From assembly GCF_032062105.1 (NCBI RefSeq), contig NW_026938238.1, positions 1 through 64,000 on the forward strand: 64,000 nt of DNA, in the 5' to 3' direction. The notes under the pieces are model-generated. The model had not been told where the DNA came from and did not search any database. It saw only the letters and a list, made by a program, of their open reading frames with translations. Source of the stretch: Saccostrea cucullata. Its lineage: Eukaryota. Of this stretch, positions 1 to 13,873 are shown piece by piece (position 1 is the stretch's first letter; each line of letters opens with the position of its first letter). Made by a program: the position numbers and the translations under genes.

Positions 1-99
1 GCTTACACAATAACCCTAATACACAATGTCAATTAACAATACTGTAGTTATTTCCATTCTTATGTCGACACGATATATCCAGGTGAGCTTAAAATAAAA

Positions 100-700
100 G
101 ACAACATAGAGTTTGAAACATCTGTTTCATGTATGGATCTGTGCTAGAAAAGGACGTTAATGATTATCCAACAACATACCTTAATGATAAAGGTGATGGC
201 TTTAACTTTTCAATCGTCAACTTCCCTTACTCCTTTGTCACCTGCATACTTTGTTTATATCTCTCAGTTGATTCGATACGGAATTGCATGTTCTACGTAT
301 GAACAATTTCTAAGACGAGGTAAGATGTTGACAAACAAGTTGATAAAACAAGTATATCAGCAGTCTCGATTAAAGTCATCAGTTCGTAAGTTCTATGGTC
401 GATACAATGACCTTATCAGCGAATACAATTTAACATTGAGTCAAATGCTGACTGACTTTTCTCATATATACTGATTGTTAAGACATTATTTACACATCGA
501 CTTGTCCACGGATTTTTTCCAGCTATTTCCCAGTCATGACAAGGAGCACACAGGGGTGTGAACGGTCGACAGGGGATGCTCACTCATCCATTGCATCTGA
601 TTCCACCTCTAATGTTTTGGAGGTCCATGTTTGCTCCGCTCCTATTTATTATCGTTTAATGGACTTTTAAGCTCTAATACTGTTCTTTATTTCATACACA
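100..700 (+). mobile_element. Penelope-like retroelement 3' fragment (C-terminal part of RT), degenerate
   Basis: Translation SPAYFVYISQLIRYGIACSTYEQFLRRGKMLTNKLIKQ..RLKSSVRKFYGRY, followed by a conserved tail (aaggagcacac..ggtcgacaggggatgctcactc). Homologous copies at 13137-13260 and 55503-56040. Family assignment is from recalled motif similarity. Confidence 0.55.
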
Positions 701-1336
701 ATGTCTCCTTTGCTCCTTTTATAATTTTACAAGAACAATTTCGATATAAAATTAATTTCTACACACAGACACACAGCCAAGTTATAGCTTTTGACAAATA
801 ACTTGATGTTACAAGGGTATCAAAGATCGCATTCAGTCAAAATGAATATTCTTTCGGGATTTTTATACAAATAATTGGCTTTTATTTCAATAGTGAACTG
901 ACATCCGTCTGTACACAGTCAAAAGGAAGAGTTTACGGTGGATTTATCAGTTGACAGGGGATACTTACTCCTCCATGCCACCTGGTCCAATCTCTGAAGT
1001 TTACATGATTAATGTTTGTTACATTCATTCTTCAGGTAACAACTATTTCATTTTCTTAAATGTATTTCTACCATATTATCTAGAATTATCAGATTATTAT
1101 AGATGGTTTAGCCAGGGAAACCTAGAAAACGTATTTCTCATAAAATCCGTCCGAAATCACAATACAATATATAGCACCTGAATTCTAGTGATCATTGAAA
1201 TAATTTGGGTTATCCGTCTCTTGCACAATGATGTTGTCTGCATGTACCGCGCTACTGAATTATTCATTAGATTCCTGAAGTTACTTATTAAACTAAGTAC
1301 TTTTAAAACGAATGTGGATAGATGCACATGTACTCG

Positions 1337-4300
1337 CTACTTCCTTTCTTCTAAATTTATCTTAATGCCATATCTTGATCGCATCACTACATCCGGGAAT
1401 TCTTCATAAACATGTCCGTCCACTAAGCTTACTTTAAATCTGTAGACACAGATAGAACAAACGATTAAAACATAAAAATCATAAATAAAAAGATTATAAG
1501 TATGATCTCAGAACATCTGCAGATATACTAGTACCTGTTAAGCAATGATCCGATCATAACTTTCTGCTCATTGAAAGCAAAATTCTGTCCAATGCAGTTT
1601 CTAAAAGATACAGAGTATAAAGGAAGTATGTTTTCTATAAAATAAATTAAGCAAAAACATCAAGTAAGTGATAAATCAGGCTTGAAATATTTACTCCTAC
1701 CTTGGACCAGCAGAAAATGGGAAGTAGCTAAAAGGATCACGTGATAATTTAGCCTCGTCTTCAAATCTCTCTGGTTTAAAATCCTAAAATGACTTAAATA
1801 ATTCAAAACTATTGGATTTTACGCATTTTGAAGCTATATGTATATGCTTCAAAATAAATCATTTAAAAAAAAATACGAAATGCTTTCACCAGGATTCATA
1901 CTCGGTATGAGATGAAATTCCAAAGAGCACTTCTTGTGCTCCTTTGTTAACCGACATGTTTTCTATATACTTATAAAGCAGAATTTACTCTAAAAATGAA
2001 ATTTTGAAAACCCTTGCCCTTTTATTTCACTCGACGAATATATAAACGACGTCTTTATAATAATATATGTACTGCAAGTAGTTATTACACAATGTCATTC
2101 AATAACTCAGAAGTCGACGATATTTATCCAAAATTAGATACAATTAAATAAGTATAAATCTTGAGTTATACCAAACCATGACAAATGGAAAATATTTCCA
2201 TTAAATTCATTATGCAGACATTCATAACAAGTTTTTAAAATTAAGATGAAAGTCCTTCTTGCTTCTAGATTACTTCTTATGTTGTTGTACATATGATTAA
2301 AGTAACATAACGTTTCTTACCATATGGTCAGGCCATACATCTGGATGGTGATTGGCTGCGTGTATGACGACATCTAGAGCGAAATAAGGAGGGATCTCCA
2401 GTCCCTCCACACAGAGGGGCTTCGTTAGATACCGACTCACCGCCGGGACCGGAGAATGCATCCGCATCACCTCCCGTAGAAACATCGACATGTATTTCAA
2501 CCGACTCAAATCATCCCTTTAAAAACAGAGATACCAAAAGAAAATTTTCAAAGTATTAATCTATTTATTTATCTAGATAAAAACAGAAAGCTTTGTCACT
2601 CATCCACTTAGAATGAAATAGAACAGTCTTTCATTTTTCGATGGAAGAAAAAAACTTCATTTACATGTGTAATTAAATAATCCATTCGGACCAAATTTGT
2701 ACAACAAAGAAACTTTGAAATTTGAGCTGAAGGTAATGAAAAAAGTCGGTGTCTCAACATTAAGGTGTGATTGGAATGCAATCGTATATAGAGATGTTGT
2801 TGTAAACGGTATTGAAACCAAGAATGAAATGACAACATGTATAGTCAAGGTCAAGAATTGCTTGAACGGTTGAATTCAATCACTTAGAAATTGAGTTCAG
2901 ACAAAATGTTTCTATTTTCTAAAGATTTATCCTTACCATTGTAGATGCTGTCGCTCGCCTAGGATTTCTACAACTTCTTGATGAACTTTTTCTTGTATTT
3001 CTGGATATTTTGCCAAGGAGTAAATTGCCCAGCTAATGGCGGACGCAGTGGTATCATGTCCTAGAAATATATGTGATGAACATTTTATTTTATTGGCCAA
3101 GTACAAGAACTAATTACAGTGGGGACACTTTTAGCAGTTGGTTACTTATTCTACAATTTAAAATTATCTATTTGGTATAAAAGAATCAATTTATTATAAG
3201 TAGTGAAACAAATTACACAATAAGTATTAACAATTTCAATATTTCTTCAATTAAAACATTGAAATTCTAAATTTCGGAATACATGTAATATTTTATATTG
3301 TACTTTCAAGAACACTTCAAACTATTCAGAACCTTCGAAAAGAAATGTGTCGACTTCAGCCCGGATTTCCTCTGGACTGAGACCTTTGCCATTTTCGTCC
3401 TTTGCTGTTATCAAAATATCCAGAAAATCTTTACGACGTTTGTTGATATGATCCGGATCAAGTTGCTGTTGAAGACAATTAAAAGCAGCTGTGTATGTGA
3501 TGGGCCTTTACATTGTTTAATATACAATGGATCATATCTTACTTCTGGAAGCATACCAATGCTCTAATTCTGGACTGAATTATTTCATCTGCAAATTGAT
3601 GAACACTATCAGTCAGCTTTTTGTTTTCTCTGCCGTCGGCTGTTAATCCATACATAAAATCAGGGTACACCCATGGTGTTCTACAATATGAAATATTTAG
3701 GTCTTTGAACGGCAAACAGCACATACAAAATTGCAAAACCTTATATCTTCTTCCAAAAATTAAGCAGATATTCTTTGAATAATTGATAAAAGTTTCTCTC
3801 ATTTTCCTTTTGGGGAATTATATGGAATATGAAGGTATTTATCTTAAGTTTTTGTTTTCATAGTGCAACTATTTCAGGTTCATGTTGACATAAATTGCTA
3901 AATGAAATATACTCTAAAATTCTATATTAATGGGTAATTTTAAACGGAGACGGCAATAGATTGGGCATGTGATAAGAAACCCGGCCAAAACATCACCAAA
4001 ATAGCTCTTCGATGGACACCAGAAGGGAAGAGAAAACCTGATCGGCCAAAGAACACCTGGCGAAGGACTGTAGAAAAGAAAATGAAAGACCACAAACTAA
4101 TTTTGGGAGAACTGGAGAGAAATGCTCAAGTTATAAACAGAAGTGGAGAAATCTAGTCCATGCCCTATGTGCCCCCGGACAATAACAATGAATAGGTAGG
4201 TAGGTGTAGGTAGGTAAAGGGTAACAGAATGCTCCTTGAAGGAGTTGATCAGATACTAACTTCGCTCTCAATCTGTTTAAAACACAGGGACTGCCTCGGT

Positions 4301-7300
4301 AAAAGTGATTATGACGATGGAACATTTAGCATGTATAGTAAATATGTTTCGCTTTTTGTTAAAGGTCCCTTTTGAAAATGTTTCACTCATATGAAGACCC
4401 CACCACAGTGTATGGCTGAAAATAGACATTAAATCGGCACTCGTGGAACTTTTTTGTCGATCCCAACACCTTCTTCGGCACGGTTAGTTGAGACATGTAT
4501 GGTGTCATCTGAAGTACCGGTTTCCACATCTCACAGTGGATTCGAACCTCCTACAGCTGAGGACATGAAGAGGGATACAGCAACGATTAACTGAAGCGCC
4601 ATCTAGTACCAAACAACAAAACACAGAAAATACCTACCTCCTCCTGAGGAGATGAGGAGGGATACAGCGACGTCAGGTAGAGCTCCTTTCTCTGCGACTT
4701 TAGAGCAAATACTACTATTTTGAAACGTGTACTTACATCATCCTCTTAATGGCTAGAGTAGTCAGTCTGTTGACCTGCTCCACATATGGGTGACTGTCTC
4801 TGAAATTATATGAAGGATACAGTTTGTCAGATATGGATAATGATAACAATTTGTAAAAAAAAAAAACAAACAAACAAAAAAAAAAAAAAAACCTTTTAAA
4901 TGATCTTATTATATGGATTTATGCAATTTCTGTGATCTGTCCCCAGAACTTAAAATAAAATAAAAATGTATATAAAGCTGCACCACTCTATCTTAATTAT
5001 TTTAAGCCTTCTTAAACATTTTATAATTCAGAGTTAAATACACCCATTACTTGTATTTCCCATTCAAGGAAGTTTATGAGCACAATATGATTATCAATAT
5101 TTTGCTGCCTTTAAAGATTTTTCATGAAGAAAACATCTGGTATCACAGTTTAATAATGAAATAAGATTTTAACCCAATTACTACATGATTGGGACTTGAA
5201 ACTTGAAATTAAATTTTTAAAAAAATAGACAAACCCCATTTCCTGAACCCGTTCGTTGTAGGAGAGCGAGCACCGTAACATGGTGTCCAGTGTTGCTAGT
5301 GATACCAGCTTATAAATCTCTATACTCTGGTTAGAGTCACAGGCTTTTTGTAGTTTTTCCTGTAAAATGTTACATATAATTAGTGAAAAGTATTACACAG
5401 AAAAAGTTCTTGAAGAAAAAAGTTACATTTACAATTTGCAACTTAAAAAATAAAAGATATCTAATGCAATACCAAGAAAATGTCTGCAACATCATTGTAG
5501 ATTTGAACATAAGGTTTCAGGATATCAAAATGAAAGGCGGGAGTTAGAAGACGCCGGTTTCTTTCCCATTTCCGGCCGTCTGACAACAGTAAGCCATCGC
5601 CTATAACAAGCACAAAACAGTATATTATCAAAGGGGATTGATGAATTATTAGTATAAGAAACTTATTCGTCTTGAGTAAGGAGGAGGTGGTTAAAGTTAA
5701 TATAACATTCGACTAAATGTGACGTAAAAAGGATAGGATCAATATATAGTATAAACGGTTAACCTGGTCGTCTCATGACAACCCTATCCCGAGCTTTATA
5801 TTCAGGTGAGCTTCTCTTAATTATCTCTTTCCTAAGAGTTCTTGATCGTTCTTGCTTTTGCTTGATTGGCCTCCTGGTAATGCTGTGCCTCATGTTATTG
5901 GTTGAGGGTTTTCGGAAGGTTTGGGACAACCATCCTCAACACCATTGTTGCAATATAATTTCTACAGTTAGCTGGTTTGTCTTTTATCCCTTCTTCCTGG
6001 TCTTTAAGACAACTGAATTTTCTTTTTCCCATATATTTCAATCCTTTCTCTCATTTATCATGTCAAGTTTTTTAATTTGCTATCAACTCTTTATGATGAC
6101 ATTTTTTAGGAATATCTGGCACGCTAAATCGTTGGTAAACAATTGAGATACTATCAGATAAGCATTTCGAACACCATCAACATGGACTACTACTTATCAT
6201 GAGACAAACTAGCAGTATAGACTGAATTCTTGCACATGGCTGTCCCTAACACTTCAACCAGCAACCATCATTATTAATGACAATCCAAGCAAATGAAAGA
6301 GGAAACGACCACAACAGAGTTACATGTAAACAGAGAGGAAAAAGCTCGGACTCACCTGGAAAGAACTTGAAAAGAATGTTCAGGATAGGGACGACTGGAT
6401 AATTTCTGTTGGTGGTCTACTGAGTATATTCCTGAGGGACAGTAGTAGTAAGAACTTTACTTCTAAATTAGTTTGTCACCCGCGTGGCGCAATGGTTAGA
6501 GCGTTTGCTCTAGAGTCGCGAAGTAAGGAGTCAATCCTTAAGTCGCGGGCTCGCTTCCCAATGTGGGACGTGGAGACCGGTCCTTCGGATGAGACTGTGT
6601 CGCAGTAGGTGCTGGTACGAAAATGATCCCTCACTACTCAATGGCCCTGAGTGCCGAATATAGGACAAAATTTCTACCTCTTCACCGGCAAGTGGTGACG
6701 TCTCCATATATGTGAAAAATTCTCGAGAGGAACGTTAAACAATATACAATCAATCAACCAATCTAAATTAGTTACCGGTCACGGTAGCCTAGTGGTAGAG
6801 CGTTCGCTTCGTGATCGGGAGGCCCGGGTTGTTCGATTCTCGTTCGCGTCAAACCAAAGATGTAAACATAGGTAGTGACTCTTCTTTTGCCAAGCCCTCC
6901 TCATTAGAATTGAAAGTCAGAGGTCTCTCGGATATGACCTTGATAACGTAGGTCCCGTGTCACGGTAGGCTTTGGCACGATAAAGAGCCCTCACTGTTCA
7001 ATGGTTCTGAGTGCCGAGTATAGGTCTAAAGTTGAAGTCCTTAAATGTTATCGAATGGGACGTTAAACAATATACAATCAATCTGAATAAGTTCGACCAT
7101 TTGGACATAAGGTCGATAGAATAACTTTGACATATAAAACAATATATCAATGCGTCGAATGCTGACTGAAATTTTGCATATCAATTAGTAGACCCTAAAT
7201 GACATACTGAACCTACTATGGATTCTTCCATTCGCCCGATCACGACAAGTAGCCCACGAAGGGTGAGACTTATTGACATAGAGTGCTTACTCCTCCATGG

Positions 7301-10300
7301 TACCCGACCCCATCTATGATGATTTTAAAGGTTCGTGTTTACTCGACTCCCAGTTTGTATAGTTTTAATTCAGCTTGATGACTGTTAGTTGTCTCATATA
7401 ACATGTTGCCAAACTATGGAAATAACGGATCATATAACTATATTTTAAAAGAAAATAAGGGCCGGAGATAATGTAGTGACTAGTCATATACAATACATGT
7501 ATACAAAGGAATACGAAACCATATAGTTCTCTGACGAAATTCATCACCCAAACACATCAGTCACACTCACGATCTGCATGGGATGCTACTGATGATCAAG
7601 GATGTTGTGCCACAAATTTGCATGCCTCTGAATTGGAAGGTTAAGCCTACCTACAGAAAGACTTTGAAGAGAAAACATAAGATCATCAGTTGTTGAAGTC
7701 GTAAATTAAACAGAGAATATGCGCCTTCTAATACTAGAATGCTACTGGTTGGCACAAGACAGGTCGCTGTAGCATATGCAATGCATGTTTTCCAGTCTGT
7801 TAACAGCATATAATGATCCAAACATCGTGCTACAGGGTCTGTTCAGAATAGACCAAGATCTGGACTACCAAGGGCACTAACTCAGGCTCAGCACAGATTC
7901 AACTACACTATTTCCTTGAGAAATCGTCTGGTCACAACAAATCAGATAAGGTCTCAACTTCAAAGGGATACTGGTTTGGTAGTGAGGGACCAGACCATCA
8001 GGAATCGACTGCACAGATTTCACTTACACGCCCAACGTCCTCTTGTCATTCCCTGTTTGAGGGATCGTCACATTAGGGCTCGACTCCAATGGATTCGTCA
8101 TAATCAAAGGTGGGATAATCGACGGTGGAGCCACGTAATATTCTCAGATGAGTCGAGTTTCACTGTGGACTTACTGTACAGACAAAGGAGGGTTTCGCGC
8201 CGACGTAAAGAACGTTTCCATGACTTTAACGTCATTTGACGTGATCAGTATGGGAATGGAACTGTAATGGTGTGGGGAGGCATCAATGTTGCCGGCAGAA
8301 CATACTTGCATATTGTTACTGGACGTGTCACAGGGCAGTACTACCGGAACAACATCTTGGCACCCCATATTGTGCCGTTTCCATGTCGTTATGGCCACCG
8401 TTTCATTTTTCAAAATGACAATGCCAGATGTTAGGACCAGGGTCATTATCTACAACAGAAGAATATCACCGAATTACTATGACCCGCACTCAGTCCGGAC
8501 TTTTTTTCCTATGCATCGAGCTTGTCTTTGGCATTCTTGGACAGCAGCCACACAAACTTCAATGACCTCCTACCAATGTCCAAGAACTTGAAGCAGCATT
8601 GCAATAGAAATGGAATAACCTTCCCCAAAATAACCTGATCTAGGCGTTTCGTTAGGAGTATGCCACGCTGAATACGAGCTTGTCTGGCCAACCGAGTTGT
8701 TTTACCCGCTACTGACTCTGTTTCACAATGGTGGTAAATTTCCTGTGTGACACTGTGTTTGTGTCAATCCTTATTCTGGAGAATCTGTCCATTTCTGAAT
8801 GTATGCAGAGTTTCGAATAAATTGACAAATGTTTCCTTAATATTTTTTCCTTCCTGACTTCATGGTCTGCATTTCATTGTCATTGTCAACAATATCCCCT
8901 ACGTCTTTTTAATGCCAGTAGTAAAATTACCTTATTCATTTCAATACTTTGAAAAAGTTCCACCGCTATGTATTTGGTGATCCAGTGACATAGGTCTGGG
9001 TGTTTCACGCTGTTGAACATTGCTGTATTACATTTTATTTATTCGATTAACCACACCTTTTTTCAAAGATGACTCTATTAGGTGGTTTATAAAATTTTCC
9101 ATTTACCCGGTTTGCGAAGAAGACACGTTGTCAGGTTACTATTTTAGGGCAAGAAATGATGATTTGAAGCTTCGGTGGTAATGTTGGTTTTGTATCATAC
9201 AGTTCTGGCAATGAACTGTATATAAATAGGAAGGAAATTTCAAGAAGTGTTTCTTAATATTTTTCATTCGAGTGTATAGTAAAATTCGCATAACCGATAA
9301 GAAATCTAAAAGTTCGTTAATTGTCCACATGTAATCAACCTTTAACCATGATGACTTAAATTATTTTGAGATTAAATTTGAAGAAAGAATGCATTGCATA
9401 AGAAATGTAAAAATCCTCTCTTCTGTTATGAAAAATGCATATTTCTGCCGAAATACAAATTATAAGCATGCGCAGTCGATAAACTGAATGCTAAATTGGA
9501 TTTTACCTAACCATGGTAAGAGGAACCTGTAGGATCCGCCCACGCTGTGTCTGGGTTTGGGCTCGGAGGACTTGAGGAGTACTTTAGCCGTGTCTGGGTG
9601 ACACACACCAAAGCTGGGGTAGAAGAACATTGTCCAGCCGTGGAAGAGCTTTGTTCTAGTTTTCTCCTGCGTATCCAAAATGGTCCTGAAGTATCCCTTC
9701 ATGTTATCAAACTTAAGGAAGAAAATACAGTATTCTAAGTCAAATGTTTTAGAAATTCTTTGCATAAGATTTTAAAAAGAGACATTGAACACATCATTGA
9801 AAGGTTTGGGGAGTTCGGAATCTTTTTTTCTGCCTCATATATTTGATCTACTTTGGTTAAGATTTATATATTGTACTTATAAGGAATATTTATATAAAGT
9901 AAAATACTTTACACAAAAGTACATACTGACTACTGAGTATACAAAACACTCATACACCATTTATATGACTCGTGTAACTCAAAAGGTCCCTCGCCGATAT
10001 AAATCCCGTTCGACAAGAATTTATGTATGTATATTTTTGGGATTGATTTTTGGTCCCTCTTAAAACGGTCTATAGCTTGGTTCTTGCAGCGAACAGATAT
10101 CGAGGAGATATGCATGCATATTATTTATAGTCAAGATAAATGTGGTTTTGACTATTCCCATATTTAGCTTTACCTGTACACGGCGAGGCTCGTTACGAGC
10201 ATAATTTCATAAAAACATCTACGTTGATAACATTTTATTTGGTGATAGCAAATTAATTATTATCTTATCGATGGCTCAATACAATCAATATAATTTATAT

Positions 10301-10582
10301 ATTTGCTTAGTTGTGATACAAAAATAGAAATGTAGGTAAAATTCTTTAGGTAAAAAACACACTTGACCATTTAAATGTAGCTGATTATAGGTCAAACTGT
10401 CACGTTTTAAACGTGTTCATGTAAAAACATACCAAGACAAAATGACCCCAGATAGGATGCAGCTTTCCCATTGGAGTAATTTTGGAGGTGAGCTGAATCC
10501 ATTGTCTGTACTGTCGTCCATAATGAATCACAAGAGATAGAAGATACACAAGAAATATCGTTACGATGACCTGAGCGATCAT
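1337..10582 (-). CDS. Cytochrome P450, CYP4 clan (CYP4F/4A-like), paralogue A; 12 coding exons, ~499 aa
   Basis: Hand-spliced exons, all GT-AG and phase-consistent: 10582-10433, 9711-9507, 5600-5473, 5359-5235, 4799-4737, 3680-3557, 3465-3333, 3060-2937, 2516-2321, 1783-1701, 1600-1535, 1439-1337 (1500 nt). Motifs: N-terminal membrane anchor, [29 protein letters not shown]-helix [15 protein letters not shown], ExxR (EVMR), PERF, heme motif FSAGPRNCIG. Confidence 0.95.
3940..4220 (+). mobile_element. RTE-clade LINE 3' end fragment
   Basis: Encodes [32 protein letters not shown] and ends in a (TAGG)n tail. Resembles the 3' end of the RTE copy at 55200-55443. Confidence 0.75.
4345..4550 (-). 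mobile_element. Degenerate SINE fragment
   Basis: Reverse-complement similarity to the SINEs at 6474 and 26235 (tttcactcatatgaagac, ggcactc, cacagtggattcgaacc). Confidence 0.6.
6474..6761 (+). mobile_element. tRNA-derived SINE, long-variable-arm subfamily, with a 12-bp target-site duplication (TSD)
   Basis: A-box-like gtggcgcaatggttagagcg head, (CAAT)n tail, flanked by TCTAAATTAGTT at 6462-6473 and 6762-6773. Confidence 0.85.
6774..7081 (+). mobile_element. tRNA-derived SINE, second subfamily
   Basis: Head gtagcctagtggtagagcgttcgc...gttcgattc (A and B boxes), 3' body shared with the neighbouring SINE, tail aaacaatatacaatcaatc. Confidence 0.85.
7700..8923 (+). mobile_element. Degenerate Tc1-family transposon
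   Basis: Fragmented transposase: helix-turn-helix region (TIRNRLH), [25 protein letters not shown] and a PALSPD-like motif, with stops and frameshifts. Left terminal repeat not identified. Confidence 0.85.
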
Positions 10583-11107
10583 GGCCGTGTGTGTGTATGT
10601 AAACACTATCACTAATCCTCACACGTTTATCCTCTACAGCTGACAAATATTTAAGTGCACGAGTACTAAATTACGCGGTTTACATGCTATAATGTATGTC
10701 CAGATTGACAGCGTTCAACTATATGACATTAAAACTCTCGGAGAATCTTGATCTTTTTTTGTAAATTAATTTTAAACAAATAATGATATCGATTTGTTTG
10801 CGTAATTTAAAAACTTTCAATCTCCTTCTGCTCTAGGTTACTTTGTGTAAATACTGTAACTGCAATGGTGTTCTAGAACATTACCTTACTTTTGCAAGAA
10901 GCACTGACTGTAAGAGTTGACGACAACTCTGACATTTAAACTTGCGTTATGTACGGAGGTACGGAACTAATATTTTTACAGACATTGTAGAAAAATATAA
11001 ATATGGTATTAGGGGCACCAACTTTACTCGTATATACTAACGCAAAAGATGATTTCAGGTAGAATAATAAAATTACTTAAAATACCCTATACGTGAATGA
11101 CAGTATA

Positions 11108-12429
11108 CGAGGGGCGTTCAATATTTTTGTCCAAACCATATTACAGCAACAAAAACAAAATAAAAATTTAAATCATTTAATGCATTCCTTCAAAGTAATC
11201 TCCCTTATATTTAATACAGAGATGAAGTCGTTTAATCCAGTCAAAAAACACTTTTTTGTAAGTTTTTTGTGGAATATACCTTAAATACTGAAAAATAGCT
11301 GATGCCAGCGCTGACCGCGATTAAAAACGCCTTCCAGGGACAGCTTCTTTTAGTTTTGGAAACAAGAAAGTCACAAGGAGAAAGATCAGGTAAATATGCA
11401 TGATGTGGAAGTTCGAAAACTTTGTGACGCTGTAGATATTCTCGAAAAACCTTTGCTTTATGGACAGGAGCATTGTCATGTAGAAGTTTAATTCCTCTCA
11501 AACCAGTATTAGGTCGTCTTTTTTTTTTGTAAAAATTATACAGTCTCGGAAGTATACTTGAAGAATACTATTTCCAGTGACACTTCTGCCCTATGGGACT
11601 GCATATTGGACTACCAAGCCATTAGAGTTGACAAATATTGTGTATAGAGCTTTCTAAGAAGTTTGAGTTCTTTTTGCAATTGTTGGCTTCTTTATGTTCT
11701 TAAGTTTCCAGTCCAAACTTGATTTTTTACTTTTCTTTCTGGCTGGACCCACGTTTCATCACCTGTGACGATCTAACTAAGCTTCCTAGTGTCCATATTT
11801 TAAAACATTTTCAAAAGTCTTTGGCACCTTTCTAAACGATCCATCTTCTGAGCTTTGGTAAGAATTTGTGGAATCCACCTTGCACAAATTTTACGGTACT
11901 TTAATTTAGTTTTTATAATAGTAAAAACACTGCCCGTTGAAATTCCTTCACGTCTTGCTATTTCTTTGACGGTAAATCGTCCATCTGTCTTAAGAATATC
12001 ATGAGTTTTGGAAACATTGCTTTTGGTGACTGCTCTTGGTGGTCTTCCTGAATGTTTGTCGTCAAAAACATCTGTTCTACCACTCTTGAACTTGCTTACC
12101 CATCTGTGAACTGTCTTTTTTGAAATAACAGATCCACCATATATCTGAACAATTTCTTCATATATTTCATTCCGTTCTATACCAATAACACAACGAGCAA
12201 GAATATACTTTCTTATTTCAAGTGACTCCAGACTTCGTGTTTTATCCATGATTGATATCCAGTGTATTCGGGTAGGTCAGTTACAAATGTAAGTCTGTGT
12301 TTCAGAGTGCACGGACTTGTTGACAATGTCAATGAAAGATATATTCATTCATGGATGACCAGATCCCGAATCGAATGATCTAAGTTATATTGAAAGCCAT
12401 AAGGGACAAAAAATATTGAACACCCCTCC
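11108..12429 (-). mobile_element. Full-length but inactivated mariner-family transposon
   Basis: TA-flanked terminal inverted repeats (TIRs) CGAGGGGCGTTCAATATTTTTGTCC / GGACAAAAAATATTGAACACCCCTCC. Transposase pieces 12249-11800 (ARWIPQIL), VTGDETW, LLHDNAPVH, YLPDLSPCDF. Confidence 0.93.
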
Positions 12430-13136
12430 TATCCCTCTCTTCATTTTCCTATGGTAGGATTGTCACATTCCAAAGGAATTCAATAAAGAAGGAAACACAC
12501 TCCGGAAGGAAAACTTGGAAGGAGTTGGTCAAGGTGGGAAGGAGGGGTTGAAGGTAGGATTGTTGTTTCCTTCTATGCTTTAAATGCCAAAAGTTTAGCT
12601 AAATATTCATTTCACAGAAGAACTTCCGTATATATTTCCCTGGTGCAAAGTAAGCTGTCGATTAATTGTAAAAGTCAGCGCCTCTGCAAAAGTCCAGTGC
12701 GATCTGCAAATTAATGCTTCCGGTCTAAACTCCAACTGTGAAGCACCATATCAGCAAGCTCCAAAATTTACAATCACAAAAATATTATGATGGAGAGACA
12801 TGTATACTGTCTTACAACATTTTCAAGAAGTGGTGTAAAACAAATGCTGATCTTTAAAACTCCATGGAACGTACAGAAAATGTTAAAATCACATGATTTT
12901 TCTCAAATCAATAATACTGACGAAATCGTTTGTCTTTTCAACGCTTTATACGTATACAATCATTTTTCCCAGTGTGGTGAAAGATAAGAATTTTTAATAT
13001 CTCGGACAACTTATTTTCAATAAAATGATTTTTTTTCAAAATCTTAAATGTTTTAGTCATACAAAAGTACTTGTTTATCACATAAAAGTATTATGAAGTT
13101 GATATTAAGACTATGCTTCAGTTCCTCATTGATAAT

Positions 13137-13260
13137 ATGCATACGGAGTTTATATATCGCAGTTGGTTCGATACGCAAGAGCATGCTCTACGTATGAACA
13201 ATTTCTAAAACGAGGTAGATCATTGACAAACAAGTTGATGAAACAAGAATATCATCACAA
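13137..13260 (+). mobile_element. Short Penelope-like RT fragment
   Basis: Close match to 243-360 and 55587-55700 (gcatacggagtttatatatcgcagttggttcgatacgcaagagcatgc). Confidence 0.55.
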
Positions 13261-13873
13261 ACAAGTAAATAATTATGCACGTACACCTAAATTTTATTTG
13301 CTGATTTAAAATTAAATCAAGTTAAACAGCGCACAGCAATTTGATAAATGTACACGATAATATCCTTTTTTATTTGTGCTCTTCTATTTCGTTTATCATA
13401 TACTTGAAGAGAAAGCGACTACTTTGTAGTTGTTTTCTTGAATTGAATACAATATCATAAAAATGAAGTTTTACAATATCATAGGTTAATTTTTAACCTG
13501 TAATTTTATAAGTATTCATACTTTACAACAGTACAATTTAAGCTAGAAGAAGGGCAAATTATTGAAATGCCTCATTCTTATTACTATCATGATGTAAATT
13601 TTGAATTTAGGGGGTGGGGGTTAAATGTAAAATTTACATCTTGACAACTGTCAATATTTAATTTTTCTCCCCCTAGTAAATTCAAAATTCACAACATGAT
13701 AAACATATATTTTATTATGTACAAATATAGTACTAGTATTTAAATAAATTACAAAATAATTTACATCAACAAGATTAGTAAATAACAAAAATATCAGGTG
13801 TAAGGTAAACATATAAAATAATTTAAATAACATAGAATTTGTGATGTAGGAGGAACACAAGGTCTAAGGTGTT

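Noticed and set aside
4545-4690. Short imperfect direct repeat (ctgaggasatgargagggatacagcracg, two copies)
   Set aside because: Only two degenerate copies beside a SINE remnant; no function or family could be supported.
5775-6146. 123-aa hydrophobic ORF
   Set aside because: Lies antisense in CYP-A intron 2 in low-complexity pyrimidine-rich, probably TE-derived sequence; no motifs or splice support.
6474-6850. Functional tRNA genes
   Set aside because: The tRNA-like heads run into SINE bodies with (CAAT)n tails and TSDs, and the acceptor stems are not intact.
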